A stretch of 64,000 bases of DNA from Burkholderiales bacterium. GTDB lineage: Bacteria; Pseudomonadota; Gammaproteobacteria; Burkholderiales; Casimicrobiaceae. The position numbers and the translations under genes were made by a program. How positions within the stretch are numbered: position 1 is the first letter of the stretch; each line of letters begins with the position of its first letter. The notes beneath the pieces were generated by a model. The model searched no databases. It had not been told where the DNA came from and was given only the letters and a program-made list of their open reading frames with translations. Shown here in pieces: positions 54,215 through 64,000 of this stretch. Where the stretch lies: positions 3,935-67,934 of the forward strand of contig JAICUU010000001.1 of assembly GCA_025935675.1 (NCBI GenBank), written 5' to 3'.

Positions 54215-55717
54215 TCAGGATGCGACCGGCTCGCCGTGACCGAGCAGCCAGCGCGTGAGGAGCGGCACGGGGCGGCCCGTCGCGCCCTTCTCCTTGCCTT
54301 CCTTGTACGCGATGCCGGCGATGTCGAGGTGGGCCCAATCGTACTTGCGCGTGAAGCGCGAGAGGAACATCGCCGCGGTGATGCTGCCGCCGGCGCGCCC
54401 GGCGACGTTGGCGACGTCGGCGAAATTGCTCGCGAGGCCCTCGGCGTAGTCGTCCCACAGCGGCAACTGCCAGCCGCGATCGTAGGCGTCGTCGCCCGCC
54501 TGAAGCAGTGCGCGCGCCAGCGTGTCGCTGTTGCTGAAGACGCCGCAGGCAATGTGGCCGAGCGCGATGACCATCGCGCCGGTCAAGGTCGCCACGTCGA
54601 CGACCGCCTCGGGCTCGAAGCGCTCGGCGTAGGTGAGCGCGTCGGCGAGGATCAGCCGCCCCTCGGCGTCGGTGTTCAGCACCTCGATCGTCTGGCCCGA
54701 CATGCTGGTGACGACGTCGCCGGGCTTGGTCGCGCGCCCCGACGGCATGTTCTCGCAGGTGGGCACCAGCACGACGAGGTTGATCGGCGCGTTGATCTCG
54801 GCGATCGCGCGCATCGTGCCGAGCACCGTCGCGGCGCCGCACATGTCGTACTTCATGTGGTCCATGTCGAGCGCCGGCTTGAGCGAGATGCCGCCGGTGT
54901 CGAAGGTGATGCCCTTGCCGACCAGCACGAACGGCTTGGCCTTGCGCGGCGAGTTCTGGTATTCGAGCACGAGGAAGCGCGGCGGCTCGTCGCTGCCGCG
55001 CGTGACCGACAGGAACGAGCCCATGCCGAGCGCCTCGATCTCGGCGCGCTCGAGCGCCTGCACCTTCACCGCCGGGAAATCCTCGCCGAGCTTCTGCGCC
55101 TCGGCGGCGAGGAACGACGGCGTGCAGACGTTGGCGGGCGTGTTGCCGAGGTCGCGCGCGAAGTCCATCCCGTGCGCGATCGCGAGGCCCTGCGCCGCGG
55201 CGCGCTCGCCGTCCGCCAAGTCGGAGCGCTGCGGCACCGACAGCGTGAGCTTGCGCAACGGCCGGCGCACCTCGGTGGGCTCGCTCTTCATCCGCTCGTA
55301 GCGGTAGACGGCGTCCATCGCCACGACGACGGCGTGCTCGATCCGCCACGCCACCTCGCGGCGCTTGACCTTCTCCTCGGTGAGGTAGATGACCGCCTCG
55401 TACGAGCCGGTCTCGTTGAGGAGCTTCACCGCGGCGCGGATCGCCGCGCGGAACTCCTTGTCGCGGAAGTCGCGCTCCTTGCCGAGCCCGACCAGCAGCA
55501 CGCGGTCGGCCAGCGTGCCGCGCACGTTGTGCAGGAGGAGCGTGGCGCCGAGCTTCCCTTCCATGTCGCCGCGGCGGATGATCTCGCTGACGTAGCCGTT
55601 GGAGGCGCGGTCGATCAGCTCGGCCGAGAGTGACAGCTTGCGGTTGTCGAACACGCCGACGACGACGCAGGCGCTGCGCTGCTTCTCGGGGCTGCCGCTT
55701 TTTATGGTAAATTCCAT
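54215..55717 (-). CDS. pepA: leucyl aminopeptidase
   Basis: 500 aa with VGKGITFDTGGISLKP and NTDAEGRLILADAL motifs. Confidence 0.95.
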   Translation of the reverse strand: MEFTIKSGSPEKQRSACVVVGVFDNRKLSLSAELIDRASNGYVSEIIRRGDMEGKLGATLLLHNVRGTLADRVLLVGLGKERDFRDKEFRAAIRAAVKLLNETGSYEAVIYLTEEKVKRREVAWRIEHAVVVAMDAVYRYERMKSEPTEVRRPLRKLTLSVPQRSDLADGERAAAQGLAIAHGMDFARDLGNTPANVCTPSFLAAEAQKLGEDFPAVKVQALERAEIEALGMGSFLSVTRGSDEPPRFLVLEYQNSPRKAKPFVLVGKGITFDTGGISLKPALDMDHMKYDMCGAATVLGTMRAIAEINAPINLVVLVPTCENMPSGRATKPGDVVTSMSGQTIEVLNTDAEGRLILADALTYAERFEPEAVVDVATLTGAMVIALGHIACGVFSNSDTLARALLQAGDDAYDRGWQLPLWDDYAEGLASNFADVANVAGRAGGSITAAMFLSRFTRKYDWAHLDIAGIAYKEGKEKGATGRPVPLLTRWLLGHGEPVAS

Positions 55718-55773
55718 TACGCTCCCTTCTCGTCCACCCCGCGGTTTTGTTGCGGTTAGGCCGCTTGCCGCGA

Positions 55774-55803
55774 ATTATCGGTAACAAGTGGCCAAAAAGT
55801 CAA
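55774..55803 (-). promoter_or_regulatory. candidate sigma70 promoter of pepA
   Basis: Minus strand: TTGACT (55803-55798), an 18-nt spacer, then GATAAT (55779-55774), in the AT-rich pepA/lptF divergent region. Confidence 0.35.
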
Positions 55804-55919
55804 AATATTTGCAAGCGTCATGACAGGCGCGCGAACCTCCGCGGGATGCGCGTTTTCGTGAGCTACAACGGCGGGTGGCGGCGCGCCCGCGCCGCGGCCG
55901 GCGCCGGGATCGCGCCGCG

Positions 55920-57023
55920 ATGATCTACCGGCGCACGCTGGTCCGCGAGCTCACTGCGACGGCCTTCGGGCTGTTCATCATCCTGCTCGCGATCCTGTTC
56001 ACCAACCTCGTGCTGCGCCTGCTGCAGCGCGCCGCCGGCGGCAGCGTCGCGCCCGAGGGCATCGTCGCGCTGCTGGGCTTCAACGCCGTCTTCTACCTCA
56101 ACATCCTGCTGTCGGTCGCGCTGTTCCTGACCGTCGTGCTGACGCTGTCGCGCTGGTACCGCGACAGCGAGATGGTCGTGTGGTTCACGTCGGGTCAGGC
56201 GCTCACCGCGTCGCTGCGGCCGATCCTGCTGTTCGCGGTGCCGTTCCTCATTGCGATCGTCGCGCTGTCGCTGTTCCTGTCGCCGTGGGCCGAGCGGCGC
56301 AAGCAGGAATACGAGCAGCAGCTCGAGCGCCGCGACGAGGTCTCGCTGATCGCGCCGGGGCTCTTCAAGGAATTCACGCGCACGCATCCGCCGTTCGTGC
56401 TGTTCGTCGAGAGCATCGACACGTTCAACGGCACGGTGCGCAACGTGTTCATGCACTCGACCAACGGCGCGCAGGACGAGACCACCGTCGCAAGCATCGG
56501 CCGCCTCGAGCAGGACAAGAACGGCGACCGGTTCATCGTCCTCGAGCGCGGGCGGCGCTACGAAGGCAAGCCCGGCACGCCCGAGTACCGCGTCATCGAG
56601 TTCGAGAAGCTCGCCAAGCGCGTCGAGGCGGCCGAGGCGCGCGCGGTGACGCTGTCGCGCAAGGCGATTCCCACCGAGGACCTCGCGCTCCTTCCCGACG
56701 ATCCCGAGCGCGCCGAGCTGTTCTGGCGCCTGTCCGTGCCGCTCGAAGCGCTGGTGCTCGTGCTGCTGGCGATCCCGATCGCCTATGTCAACCCGCGCGT
56801 CGGCCGCTCGCTCAACCTGTTCACCGCGCTGTTCGTCTACATGCTCTATTCGAACTGCCTCAACATCGTGCAGAGCATGATCGCGCAGGGTCGCCTCAAC
56901 TTCTGGGTCGGGCTCGCGCTGCCGCATGTCGCAGCACTCGTGCTCGCGCTGCTGCTGTTCCGCCACCAGCTCTCGATAACCGGGCTGCTCGGCGGGTGGC
57001 GCCGCCGCCGCGAGACGGCCTGA
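55920..57023 (+). CDS. lptF: LPS export ABC transporter permease LptF
   Basis: ATG 55920 within track ORF 55875..57023. MIYRRTLVRELTATAFGLFIILLAILF is typical of LptF. It is divergent from pepA. Confidence 0.9.
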   Translation: MIYRRTLVRELTATAFGLFIILLAILFTNLVLRLLQRAAGGSVAPEGIVALLGFNAVFYLNILLSVALFLTVVLTLSRWYRDSEMVVWFTSGQALTASLRPILLFAVPFLIAIVALSLFLSPWAERRKQEYEQQLERRDEVSLIAPGLFKEFTRTHPPFVLFVESIDTFNGTVRNVFMHSTNGAQDETTVASIGRLEQDKNGDRFIVLERGRRYEGKPGTPEYRVIEFEKLAKRVEAAEARAVTLSRKAIPTEDLALLPDDPERAELFWRLSVPLEALVLVLLAIPIAYVNPRVGRSLNLFTALFVYMLYSNCLNIVQSMIAQGRLNFWVGLALPHVAALVLALLLFRHQLSITGLLGGWRRRRETA

Positions 57024-57027
57024 GCCG

Positions 57028-58113
57028 ATGCGCCTGATTCGCCGCTACCTCGGCCGCGAAGTGCTGCTCGCGACGCTCCTGATCTTCGTCGCGCTGGTGC
57101 TGCTGTTCGGCTTCTTCGACCTGATCCAGGAGCTGTCCGACGTCGGCCGCGGCGGCTACACGATGTCGGCGGCGCTCCTGTACGTGGCGCTGCACCTGCC
57201 GTCGCGGATGTACGAGCTCTTCCCCGTGGCGGCGCTGATCGGCACGCTGTTCGGCATCTCGCAGCTCGTCGCCAACTCGGAGTACACGGTGATGCGCGCC
57301 TCCGGCGCGTCGATGCTGCAGGTGACGTGGTCGGTGGTGCGCATCGGCATCCCGCTCGCGCTCGCCACGTTCCTCGCCGGCGAGTTCGTCGCGCCGCCGG
57401 CCGAGCGCCTTGCGCAGACGCTTCGCGCGAGCTCGCGCGGCAGCGCCACGCAGGTCGTCGCGCAGCAGTTCCAGAGCGGCTTCTGGTTCAAGCAGGATCG
57501 CACCTACGCGAACATCCGCACGGTGCTCGCCGACATGACGCTGGTCGGCGTGCGCATCTACGAATTCGACGCCAACTCGCGCCTGGTGCGCGTGCGCAGC
57601 GCCGAGTCGGGGCGCTTCGATCCCGCGCACAACCAGTGGGCGCTTTCCAATGTCAGCACCACCGAGATCGGTGCCGCGTCGACGTCGGTGACCACGGCGC
57701 CGTCGTGGATGTGGGATACGGTGCTGCGGCCGTCCATCCTGACCGTGTACACGGTGGCGCCGGAGCGCCTCGAGCTCGACGCGCTCTACGACAACATCAG
57801 GCTCTTGACGCAGAGCGCGCAGAAGGCGTCGCGCTTCGAGATCGCGTTCTGGACCAAGCTGCTCTATCCGCTGACGGTCGTCACGATGATGGTACTGGCG
57901 CTGCCGTTCGCGCAATTCCAGCGGCGCACGTCGGGAGTGGGCTTTCGCATCTTCGTCGGCACGATGTTGGGCCTCGCGTTCTTCCTGGTCGGACGGCTTT
58001 TTTCCAACCTCGGCGTGCTCAACGACTGGCCCCCGCTGTTCAGCGCGGTGACACCGCTCGTGTTCTTCATGCTGGTGGCGGCGGCGATGCTCTACTGGAC
58101 CGAGCGGCGGTAG
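57028..58113 (+). CDS. lptG: LPS export ABC transporter permease LptG
   Basis: 361 aa; MRLIRRYLGREVLLATLLIFVALVLLFGFFDLIQEL is typical of LptG. Confidence 0.9.
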   Translation: MRLIRRYLGREVLLATLLIFVALVLLFGFFDLIQELSDVGRGGYTMSAALLYVALHLPSRMYELFPVAALIGTLFGISQLVANSEYTVMRASGASMLQVTWSVVRIGIPLALATFLAGEFVAPPAERLAQTLRASSRGSATQVVAQQFQSGFWFKQDRTYANIRTVLADMTLVGVRIYEFDANSRLVRVRSAESGRFDPAHNQWALSNVSTTEIGAASTSVTTAPSWMWDTVLRPSILTVYTVAPERLELDALYDNIRLLTQSAQKASRFEIAFWTKLLYPLTVVTMMVLALPFAQFQRRTSGVGFRIFVGTMLGLAFFLVGRLFSNLGVLNDWPPLFSAVTPLVFFMLVAAAMLYWTERR

Positions 58114-58187
58114 CCGCGCGGCGACGCTGCCGTTCTCGCACGGCCAAGACGGGGCGACGGACGCGGCCATCGCGCGGCGCTGCCATG

Positions 58188-58217
58188 AAAAAAGCCGGCG
58201 CGATGGCCGGCTTTTTT
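58188..58217. terminator. bidirectional Rho-independent terminator between lptG and rpmA
   Basis: AAAAAA-GCCGGC-gcgatg-GCCGGC-TTTTTT. Confidence 0.8.
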
Positions 58218-58252
58218 GCGCCGCGTGCCTTGGCACGCAATCCTGCGAATGA

Positions 58253-58531
58253 CTACGCCGTCGCGGCGACGGCCTCGGCCGGGACGACATTCGCGTACTT
58301 GTCCTGCTTCGCGCCCTTGACGGTGAACTTCACCGTGCCGTCGACCAGCGCGAACAGCGTGAAGTCCTTGCCGACGCCGACATTGACGCCCGCATGGATC
58401 GGCGTGCCGCGCTGGCGCACGATGATGCCGCCCGCACGGATCGCCTCGCCGCCGTAGACCTTGGTGCCCAACCGCTTGGCGTGCGAGTCGCGCCCGTTGC
58501 GCGAGCTGCCGCCGGCCTTTTTGTGTGCCAT
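58253..58531 (-). CDS. rpmA: 50S ribosomal protein L27
   Basis: 92 aa starting [29 protein letters not shown]. Confidence 0.97.
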   Translation of the reverse strand: MAHKKAGGSSRNGRDSHAKRLGTKVYGGEAIRAGGIIVRQRGTPIHAGVNVGVGKDFTLFALVDGTVKFTVKGAKQDKYANVVPAEAVAATA

Positions 58532-58561
58532 TCCGTTGTTCCTTCCGCTGCCGCCGGCGTG

Positions 58562-58610
58562 GCCGGCGATGGCTTTCGCCGGCTAGCCGGCGATGGCTCC
58601 CGCCGGCTTA
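58562..58610. repeat. tandem 24/25-nt hairpin repeat in the rplU-rpmA spacer
   Basis: GCCGGCGATGGCTTTCGCCGGCTA then GCCGGCGATGGCTCCCGCCGGCTTA. Each unit folds as GCCGGCG-8 nt-CGCCGGC. A third partial copy (TCCGGCGATCG, 58611-58621) forms the last rplU codons. Confidence 0.7.
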
Positions 58611-58919
58611 TCCGGCGATCGTTTCGATCTTGAGCTCGGTGTAGTTCTGCCGATGTCCCTGGTGCTTCTGGTAGTGCTTGCGACGACGCATCTTGAAGAT
58701 CTTCACCTTGTCGCCGCGGCCGTGCGAGACCACCGTCGCCGTGACGCTCGCGCCGGCGACGACGGGCTGGCCGAGGCGCACGCTGTCGCCCTCGCCGACC
58801 AGCAGCACCTGGTCGAGCACGACGCTCGCGCCGACTTCGGCGGCGAGCTGCTCGACCTTGAGTTTCTCGCCGGGCGCAACCTTGTACTGCTTGCCGCCGG
58901 ACTTGATCACCGCATACAT
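58608..58919 (-). CDS. rplU: 50S ribosomal protein L21
   Basis: 103 aa from ATG 58919 within track ORF 58608..58964, starting [23 protein letters not shown]. Confidence 0.97.
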   Translation of the reverse strand: MYAVIKSGGKQYKVAPGEKLKVEQLAAEVGASVVLDQVLLVGEGDSVRLGQPVVAGASVTATVVSHGRGDKVKIFKMRRRKHYQKHQGHRQNYTELKIETIAG

Positions 58920-59025
58920 GTCAACGCTCCCGAATCTTCGCGCCGGATCGCGCGTCATGCGCAACCGCGGCGAGCCTGCCGAACCGATGCCCGCCGAATG
59001 CAGGGCCGGCCCGGAAAAGTCTTGA

Positions 59026-59055
59026 AGTATAACGGGTTTTGCGATCGTGCGTCAA
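59026..59055 (-). promoter_or_regulatory. candidate sigma70 promoter of rplU-rpmA
   Basis: Minus strand: TTGACG (59055-59050), an 18-nt spacer, then TATACT (59031-59026), about 105 nt upstream of the rplU ATG. Confidence 0.45.
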
Positions 59056-59221
59056 ATTGCGCGGCGCCGTCGCGCGCCGCCCCGGCCGGGGCGGCGGCGT
59101 CGGGTAGAATCCACGTCCGCCGGCGCAGTGCCGTGGCCGGATGTGCCGGCCCGGGCCCGGTGATCCGAAGCGGCGCCCCCCGGCCGTCATCCCGGACGTC
59201 GTCATCCTTCGCCGCGCGCCC

Positions 59222-60196
59222 TTGAGTCCCGCGTTCCTCTCCGAAGCCGTCGCCGCCGACATGGCAGCCGTCGATGCCGTGCTCCGCGAGAGCCTCGATT
59301 CCGACGTCGCGCTGGTGCGCCGCATCGCCGACTACATCGTCGCCGGCGGCGGCAAGCGGCTGCGGCCGATCGTGCTGCTGCTCGCGGCCACCGCGCTCGG
59401 CTACCGCGGCACCGATCACCACCGGCTCGCCGCCGTCATCGAGATGATCCACACCGCGACGCTGCTGCACGACGACGTCGTCGACGAGTCGACGCAGCGG
59501 CGCGGCCGCGCCACCGCCAACGCCGCGTTCGGCAACGCCGCGGCGGTGCTGGTCGGCGACTTCCTCTATTCGCGCGCGTTCCAGCTGATGGTGACCGCCG
59601 GGCGGATGCGCGTGTTGTCGATCCTCGCCGACGCGACCAACGAGATCGCGCAGGGCGAGGTGCTGCAACTGATGAATGTCGGCAACACCGACGTCGACGA
59701 GGCGGCGTACCTCGCCGTCGTCCAGCGCAAGACCGCCAAGCTCTTCGAGGCGGCCGCGCGCATCGGCGCGGTGCTCGGCGACGCGGCACCCGCGCAGGAG
59801 GACGCGCTCGCGCGCTACGGCATGCACCTCGGCATCGCGTTCCAGATCCAGGACGACGTGCTCGACTACGAGGGCGACGCGGCCAAGCTCGGCAAGAACC
59901 TCGGCGACGACCTCGCCGAAGGCAAGATGACGCTGCCGCTGATCCGCGCATTGCAGGCGGCGACGCCGGCCGAAGCGACGTTCGTGCGCGGCGGCATGGG
60001 CGAGCACGCCGGCGCGTCGATCGACTTCGCGCGCGTGCGCGCGCTGCTGACGTCGACCGGCGCGCTCGACTACGCGCACGCTTGCGCACGGCGCGAGGCC
60101 GACGCCGCGGCCGCGTGCCTCGCCGGGGTCGCGCCGTCGCCCGCGACGGAGACTCTGCTACAATTGGCGGCTTTCGCGGCGAACCGGGATTTCTAG
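59222..60196 (+). CDS. ispB: octaprenyl-diphosphate synthase
   Basis: In frame with track ORF 59141..60196. The start is uncertain (TTG 59222 or ATG 59261). Motifs are GGKRLRP and the DDxxD pair LLHDDVVDES and QIQDDVLDY. Confidence 0.9.
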   Translation: MSPAFLSEAVAADMAAVDAVLRESLDSDVALVRRIADYIVAGGGKRLRPIVLLLAATALGYRGTDHHRLAAVIEMIHTATLLHDDVVDESTQRRGRATANAAFGNAAAVLVGDFLYSRAFQLMVTAGRMRVLSILADATNEIAQGEVLQLMNVGNTDVDEAAYLAVVQRKTAKLFEAAARIGAVLGDAAPAQEDALARYGMHLGIAFQIQDDVLDYEGDAAKLGKNLGDDLAEGKMTLPLIRALQAATPAEATFVRGGMGEHAGASIDFARVRALLTSTGALDYAHACARREADAAAACLAGVAPSPATETLLQLAAFAANRDF

Positions 60197-60338
60197 GTCC
60201 TGCTTGGAATTTCCCGCGTCGAATCACCCGCACCGGTGCGCGAGCGCCGGCTCTCGAGGCGGGATTCGCCGCGATTTCGGACATGCGAGCTTGCGTCGCC
60301 GCAACCAGCGGCCGGTGCCGGTCGCGCCGGAAACACAT

Positions 60339-60415
60339 CGGGGTGTAGCTTAGCCTGGTAGAGCGCTACGTTCGGGACGTAGAGGCCGGAGGTTCGAATC
60401 CTCTCACCCCGACCA
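60339..60415 (+). tRNA. tRNA-Pro (anticodon CGG)
   Basis: A 77-nt cloverleaf drawn by hand: acceptor CGGGGTG/CACCCCG, anticodon stem CTACG/CGTAG with loop TTCGGGA, T-loop GGTTCGAATCC, and an encoded CCA. Confidence 0.9.
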
Positions 60416-60571
60416 GTTCCTCCTCGCGGCGTCCTTTGTCGCGCTTTCGAATGGCAGATTCGTCCGCTCAGGATTCCTTGCGGCAGTCGACTTTTACCGC
60501 CCATCGCCGCGGCCTATAATCGCCGCGACACGGCCGCGTCTTCATCGCGGGCCGCCCCACAGGAGAAACTC

Positions 60572-61672
60572 ATGCTCAAGCATCTCGCCGGCCTCGGCGC
60601 CGCGCTCGTTGCCGCGTCGGCGCTCGCGCAAGGCGTTCCCGCCGGCTATCCCGCCGATTACGCGAAAGTTCTCGACGCGGCGAAGAAGGAAGGCAAGGTC
60701 GTCATTTACAGCGCGCTCGACACCAAGGCCGCGCAGCCGCTGATCCGCGATTTCGAATCCGCGTTCCCCGGCATCAAGGTCGAGTACAACGACATGAACT
60801 CGACCGAGATGTACAACCGCTTCATCGCCGAATCGGCGTCGGGCCAGGGTGGCGCCGACGTGATGTGGAGCTCGGCGATGGATTTGCAGGTGAAGCTCGT
60901 CGACGAGGGCAAGGCGATGGCGTACGCGTCGCCCGAGGCGTCGAAGCTGCCGTCGTGGGCGGTCTACAAGGGCGAGGCCTGGGGCACGACGTACGAGCCC
61001 GCCGTGTTCATCTACAACAAGCGCCTCGTCGCCGCCGACGAGGTGCCGCACGACCACGCCGCGTTCGCGAAGCTCCTCGAATCCAAGACCGCCAAGTTCA
61101 AGGGCAAGGTCAACACCTACGACATCGAGAAGAGCGGCGTCGGCTTCATGTTCGTCGTGCAGGACACCAAGTACTTCCAGGGCATGAAGGACCTCGAGAA
61201 GGCGTTCGGCAAGGCCGAGTACAAGGTCTTCTCGAGCACGGGCAACATGCTCGAGAAGGTGTCGTCGGGCGAGCACCTGCTGGGCTACAACGTGCTCGGC
61301 TCGTACGCGCTGGTGCGCGCCAAGAAGGACCCGTCGCTCGGCGTCGTGCTGCCGAAGGACTTCACGCTGGTGCTGTCGCGCGTGATGTTCATCGCCAAGC
61401 AGGCGAAGAATCCCAACGCCGCGAAGGTGTGGACCGACTACATCCTGTCGCAGCGCGGCCAGAAGATGATCGGAGGGCCGGTCGAGCTCTTCGCGGTGCG
61501 CTCCGACGTCGACGCCGAGTACACGGCCGCGAGCCTCAACAAGGAGCTTGGCGCGAACGCCAAGCCGATCCCCGTGAGCTCGGAGATCGTAGGCTACCTC
61601 GACCCGAAGAAGCGTCTCGACTTCATCAGCGCGTGGAAGAGCGAGATCGCCGCCGGCGCCGCCGGCAAGTAG
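60572..61672 (+). CDS. ABC transporter substrate-binding protein (family 1, iron(III)/AfuA-FbpA-like)
   Basis: 366 aa with a signal peptide ending ASALAQG; GKVVIYSALDTKAAQPLIRDFESAFPGIKVEYNDMNSTEMYNRF is typical of the family. The substrate is inferred only. Confidence 0.7.
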   Translation: MLKHLAGLGAALVAASALAQGVPAGYPADYAKVLDAAKKEGKVVIYSALDTKAAQPLIRDFESAFPGIKVEYNDMNSTEMYNRFIAESASGQGGADVMWSSAMDLQVKLVDEGKAMAYASPEASKLPSWAVYKGEAWGTTYEPAVFIYNKRLVAADEVPHDHAAFAKLLESKTAKFKGKVNTYDIEKSGVGFMFVVQDTKYFQGMKDLEKAFGKAEYKVFSSTGNMLEKVSSGEHLLGYNVLGSYALVRAKKDPSLGVVLPKDFTLVLSRVMFIAKQAKNPNAAKVWTDYILSQRGQKMIGGPVELFAVRSDVDAEYTAASLNKELGANAKPIPVSSEIVGYLDPKKRLDFISAWKSEIAAGAAGK

Positions 61673-61718
61673 CCTTCGCGGCGGCGCCGCGTGCCCGCGC
61701 GGCGCCGCCCTCCCCGAC

Positions 61719-63434
61719 ATGTCGACCGTTCCCGCCGCGGTTGCACCGGTCGCGCCCAACACGCTCCTCGCGCGCTTCCCGCGCGCGCTGACGATCCTCG
61801 TCACCGCCTCGGCGGTGCTCGCGCCGCTCGCGCTGATCCTCTACCAGAGCTTCCTCACCGCGCCGTTCTTCGACGCGAGCAAGAAGGTCGGCCTCGGCGC
61901 CTACCGGTTCGTCTTCGCCGATCCCGATTTCTGGCAGGCGTTCCTCAATTCGTTCACCTTGGCGGTCGGCATGACGCTGATCGCCGTGCCGCTCGGCGCG
62001 CTGCTCGCGTTCGTGATGGAGCGCACCGACCTGCCGTGGAAGCGCGTGCTCGAGCCGATGATCCTCGTGCCGAGCTTCGTGTCGCCGATGGTGCTGTCGT
62101 TCGGCTACGTCGTCGCCGCCGGCCCGGTCGGCTTCTACTCGGTGTGGGCGCAGGACCTGATCGGCACCGCCCCGTGGGGCATCTACTCGATCCCGGCGAT
62201 GGCGGTGATTGCGGGCCTGACGCACGTGCCGAACGTCTACGTGTACGCGACCTCCGCGCTGAAGAGCCTCGGCTCCGACGTCGAGGAGGCGGCGCGCACG
62301 GCCGGCGCGAGCCCGTTCCGTGTCGCCGCGACGGTGAGCCTGCCGCTGATCGCACCCGCGCTGCTGTTCTCGGCGGTGCTGGTGTTCTTCCTCGGCTTCG
62401 AGCTCTTCGGCCTGCCGCTGGTGCTCGGCGACCCGGAAGGCCATCTCGTGCTGTCGACGTACCTCTACAAGCTCACCAATAAGCTCGGCGTCCCCTCGTA
62501 CCACCTGATGGCGGCGGTGGCGATCTGCATCGTCGCGGTGACGTTCCCGCTGGTGTTGCTGCAGCGGCGGCTGCTGCAGAACGCGCGCCGCTTCGCGACG
62601 ATCAAGGGCAAGGCCGGCCGCATGAAGGCGCTGCCGCTCGGGCGCTGGAAGCCGCTCGCGATGGCGCTGCTGCTCGCGTGGCTGTTCCTCGCCGTGATCG
62701 TGCCGGTGTCGGGCATCGCGCTGCGCGCATTCGTCACCAACTGGGGCATCGGCGTTTCGCTGCTCGACGCGTTCACGCTCGACAACTTCCGCGCGGTGTT
62801 CGAGGAGCCGACGCACACGCGCGCGATCGTCAACACCATCCTGATCGGCACCATCGGCGGCGCGATCGCGGTGGCGTGCTACACGGCGATCGGCTTCGCG
62901 ACGCACCGCCGCAACGACGGCTGGTCGCGCTTCGTCGACTACCTCGTGCTCGTGCCGCGCGCGGTGCCCGGCCTCCTCGCCGGCCTCGCGTTCCTGTGGG
63001 TGTTCCTGTTCGTGCCGCTGCTCGCGCCACTGCGCGCGACGCTCTTCAGCATGTGGCTCGCCTACACGGTCGTGTGGCTCGCGTACGGCATGCGCCTCAT
63101 CTCGACGTCGCTGTTCCAGGTGTCGACCGAGCTCGAGGAGGCGGCGCGCACGATCGGCGCGTCGCGCGGCCGCATCTCGCGCGAGATCACGCTGCCGCTG
63201 ATCCGCCACGGGCTGCTCGGCTCGTGGCTCCTCGTGTTCATGATCTTCGAGCGCGAGTACTCGACCGGCGTCTACCTGCTCGCTCCCGGCAACGAGGTGA
63301 TCGGCGCCGAGCTCGTGTCGCTCTGGCAGGGCGGCGCGATCGACGTCGTCGCCGCGCTGTCGCTCGTCAACATCGTGCTGGTCGCCATCGGCCTCGCGAT
63401 CGCGCTGCGCTTCGGCGTGCGGCTGCGCGACTGA
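61719..63434 (+). CDS. ABC transporter permease, two-domain (FbpB-like)
   Basis: 571 aa with a duplicated MalF/G-type permease domain and two EAA-like loops (DVEEAARTAGAS, ELEEAARTIGAS). Confidence 0.8.
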   Translation: MSTVPAAVAPVAPNTLLARFPRALTILVTASAVLAPLALILYQSFLTAPFFDASKKVGLGAYRFVFADPDFWQAFLNSFTLAVGMTLIAVPLGALLAFVMERTDLPWKRVLEPMILVPSFVSPMVLSFGYVVAAGPVGFYSVWAQDLIGTAPWGIYSIPAMAVIAGLTHVPNVYVYATSALKSLGSDVEEAARTAGASPFRVAATVSLPLIAPALLFSAVLVFFLGFELFGLPLVLGDPEGHLVLSTYLYKLTNKLGVPSYHLMAAVAICIVAVTFPLVLLQRRLLQNARRFATIKGKAGRMKALPLGRWKPLAMALLLAWLFLAVIVPVSGIALRAFVTNWGIGVSLLDAFTLDNFRAVFEEPTHTRAIVNTILIGTIGGAIAVACYTAIGFATHRRNDGWSRFVDYLVLVPRAVPGLLAGLAFLWVFLFVPLLAPLRATLFSMWLAYTVVWLAYGMRLISTSLFQVSTELEEAARTIGASRGRISREITLPLIRHGLLGSWLLVFMIFEREYSTGVYLLAPGNEVIGAELVSLWQGGAIDVVAALSLVNIVLVAIGLAIALRFGVRLRD

Positions 63435-63455
63435 CCTTTTCGCGGAGACTTCCGT

Positions 63456-64000
63456 CATGGCCGAGCTCACCGTCGACGACCTGCACATGCGCTACGGCGA
63501 CACGCCGATCCTCAACGGCGTCGCGCTGACGCTCGAGCGCGGCCAAGTGGTGTCGCTGCTCGGGCCGTCGGGCAGCGGCAAGACGACGCTCTTGCGCGCG
63601 GTCGCGGGCCTCGAGACGCCCTACCAGGGCACGATCCGCATCGGCGACCAGGTCGTGTTCGACGGCGCCAGGGCGCTCGACGTGCCCGCCGAGCGTCGCA
63701 ATTTGGGCCTCGTGTTTCAGTCGTACGCGCTGTGGCCCCACAAGACGATCTTCGACAACGTCGCGTACGGGCTCAAGCTGCGCGGGCATTCCGCCGCGGA
63801 CATCAAGACGAGCGTCACGCGCGCGCTCGAGCAGCTCTCGCTCGGGCATCTCGGCCAGCGCTACCCGCACCAGCTCTCGGGCGGCCAGCAGCAGCGCGTC
63901 GCGCTGGCGCGCGCGCTGGTCTACAACCCGCCGGTGATCCTGCTCGACGAGCCGTTGTCCAACCTCGACGCCAAACTGCGCGAGGAGGCACGTGCGTGGC
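63456..64000 (+). CDS. ABC transporter ATP-binding protein (partial, runs off window)
   Basis: ATG 63456 after GGAGA. Translation begins MAELTVDDLHMRYGDTPILNGVALTLERGQVVSLLGPSGSGKTTLLR, followed by LSGGQQQRVALARAL and ILLDEPLSNLD. Confidence 0.9.

Noticed and set aside
60339-60571. tRNA-Pro as a genomic-island integration site
   Set aside because: No integrase gene follows it. By eye I found no direct repeat of the tRNA 3' end downstream, and the following ABC importer has backbone-like composition.

Overview
Very GC-rich (judged by eye, not computed) chromosomal segment. Its synteny looks like a Burkholderiales-type betaproteobacterium: nrdR-ribD-ribE, pmbA/yjgA, pepA-holC, lptFG, rplU-rpmA/ispB. 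Coding density is about 90%, and I call 57 protein genes, one tRNA-Pro(CGG) and several regulatory or repeat elements. Many long ORFs in the supplied track are Arg/Ala-rich antisense artefacts and are rejected. Layout: 1-6.4 kb is an aromatic/acyl-CoA catabolic cluster (TetR, hydrolase, FAH-family, maiA, gcdH, degenerate CoA-ligase, SDR). 6.6-17.4 kb is a type IV pilus minor-pilin operon (fimT, pilE, fimU-like, pilV, pilW, pilX, giant pilY1) followed by a TonB-family gene. 17.6-18.5 kb is a lower-GC hicAB toxin-antitoxin pair. The rest is housekeeping: mmsA, rib genes, glyA, a TRAP transporter, pmbA, mog, a trHb-nsrR unit, rmuC, typA, rhlE, gsiABCD-like, rlmM, valS, DAHP synthase, holC, pepA, lptFG, L21/L27, ispB and an iron-type ABC importer. 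Two observations stand out. (1) The PilY1 homologue is about 1974 aa and carries a roughly 456-residue, roughly 67-cysteine two-tier tandem repeat array inside its N-terminal vWA-like region. (2) An unannotated 38-codon leader ORF with the run F-V-Y-W-Y-V-Y, followed by a strong intrinsic terminator, sits directly upstream of a type I-beta DAHP synthase and looks like an aromatic amino-acid attenuator. Also notable are a 103-bp composite palindromic REP-like element family, an NsrR-type operator in front of a group III truncated haemoglobin, and a CoA-ligase homologue with a ruined P-loop and no C-terminal domain.
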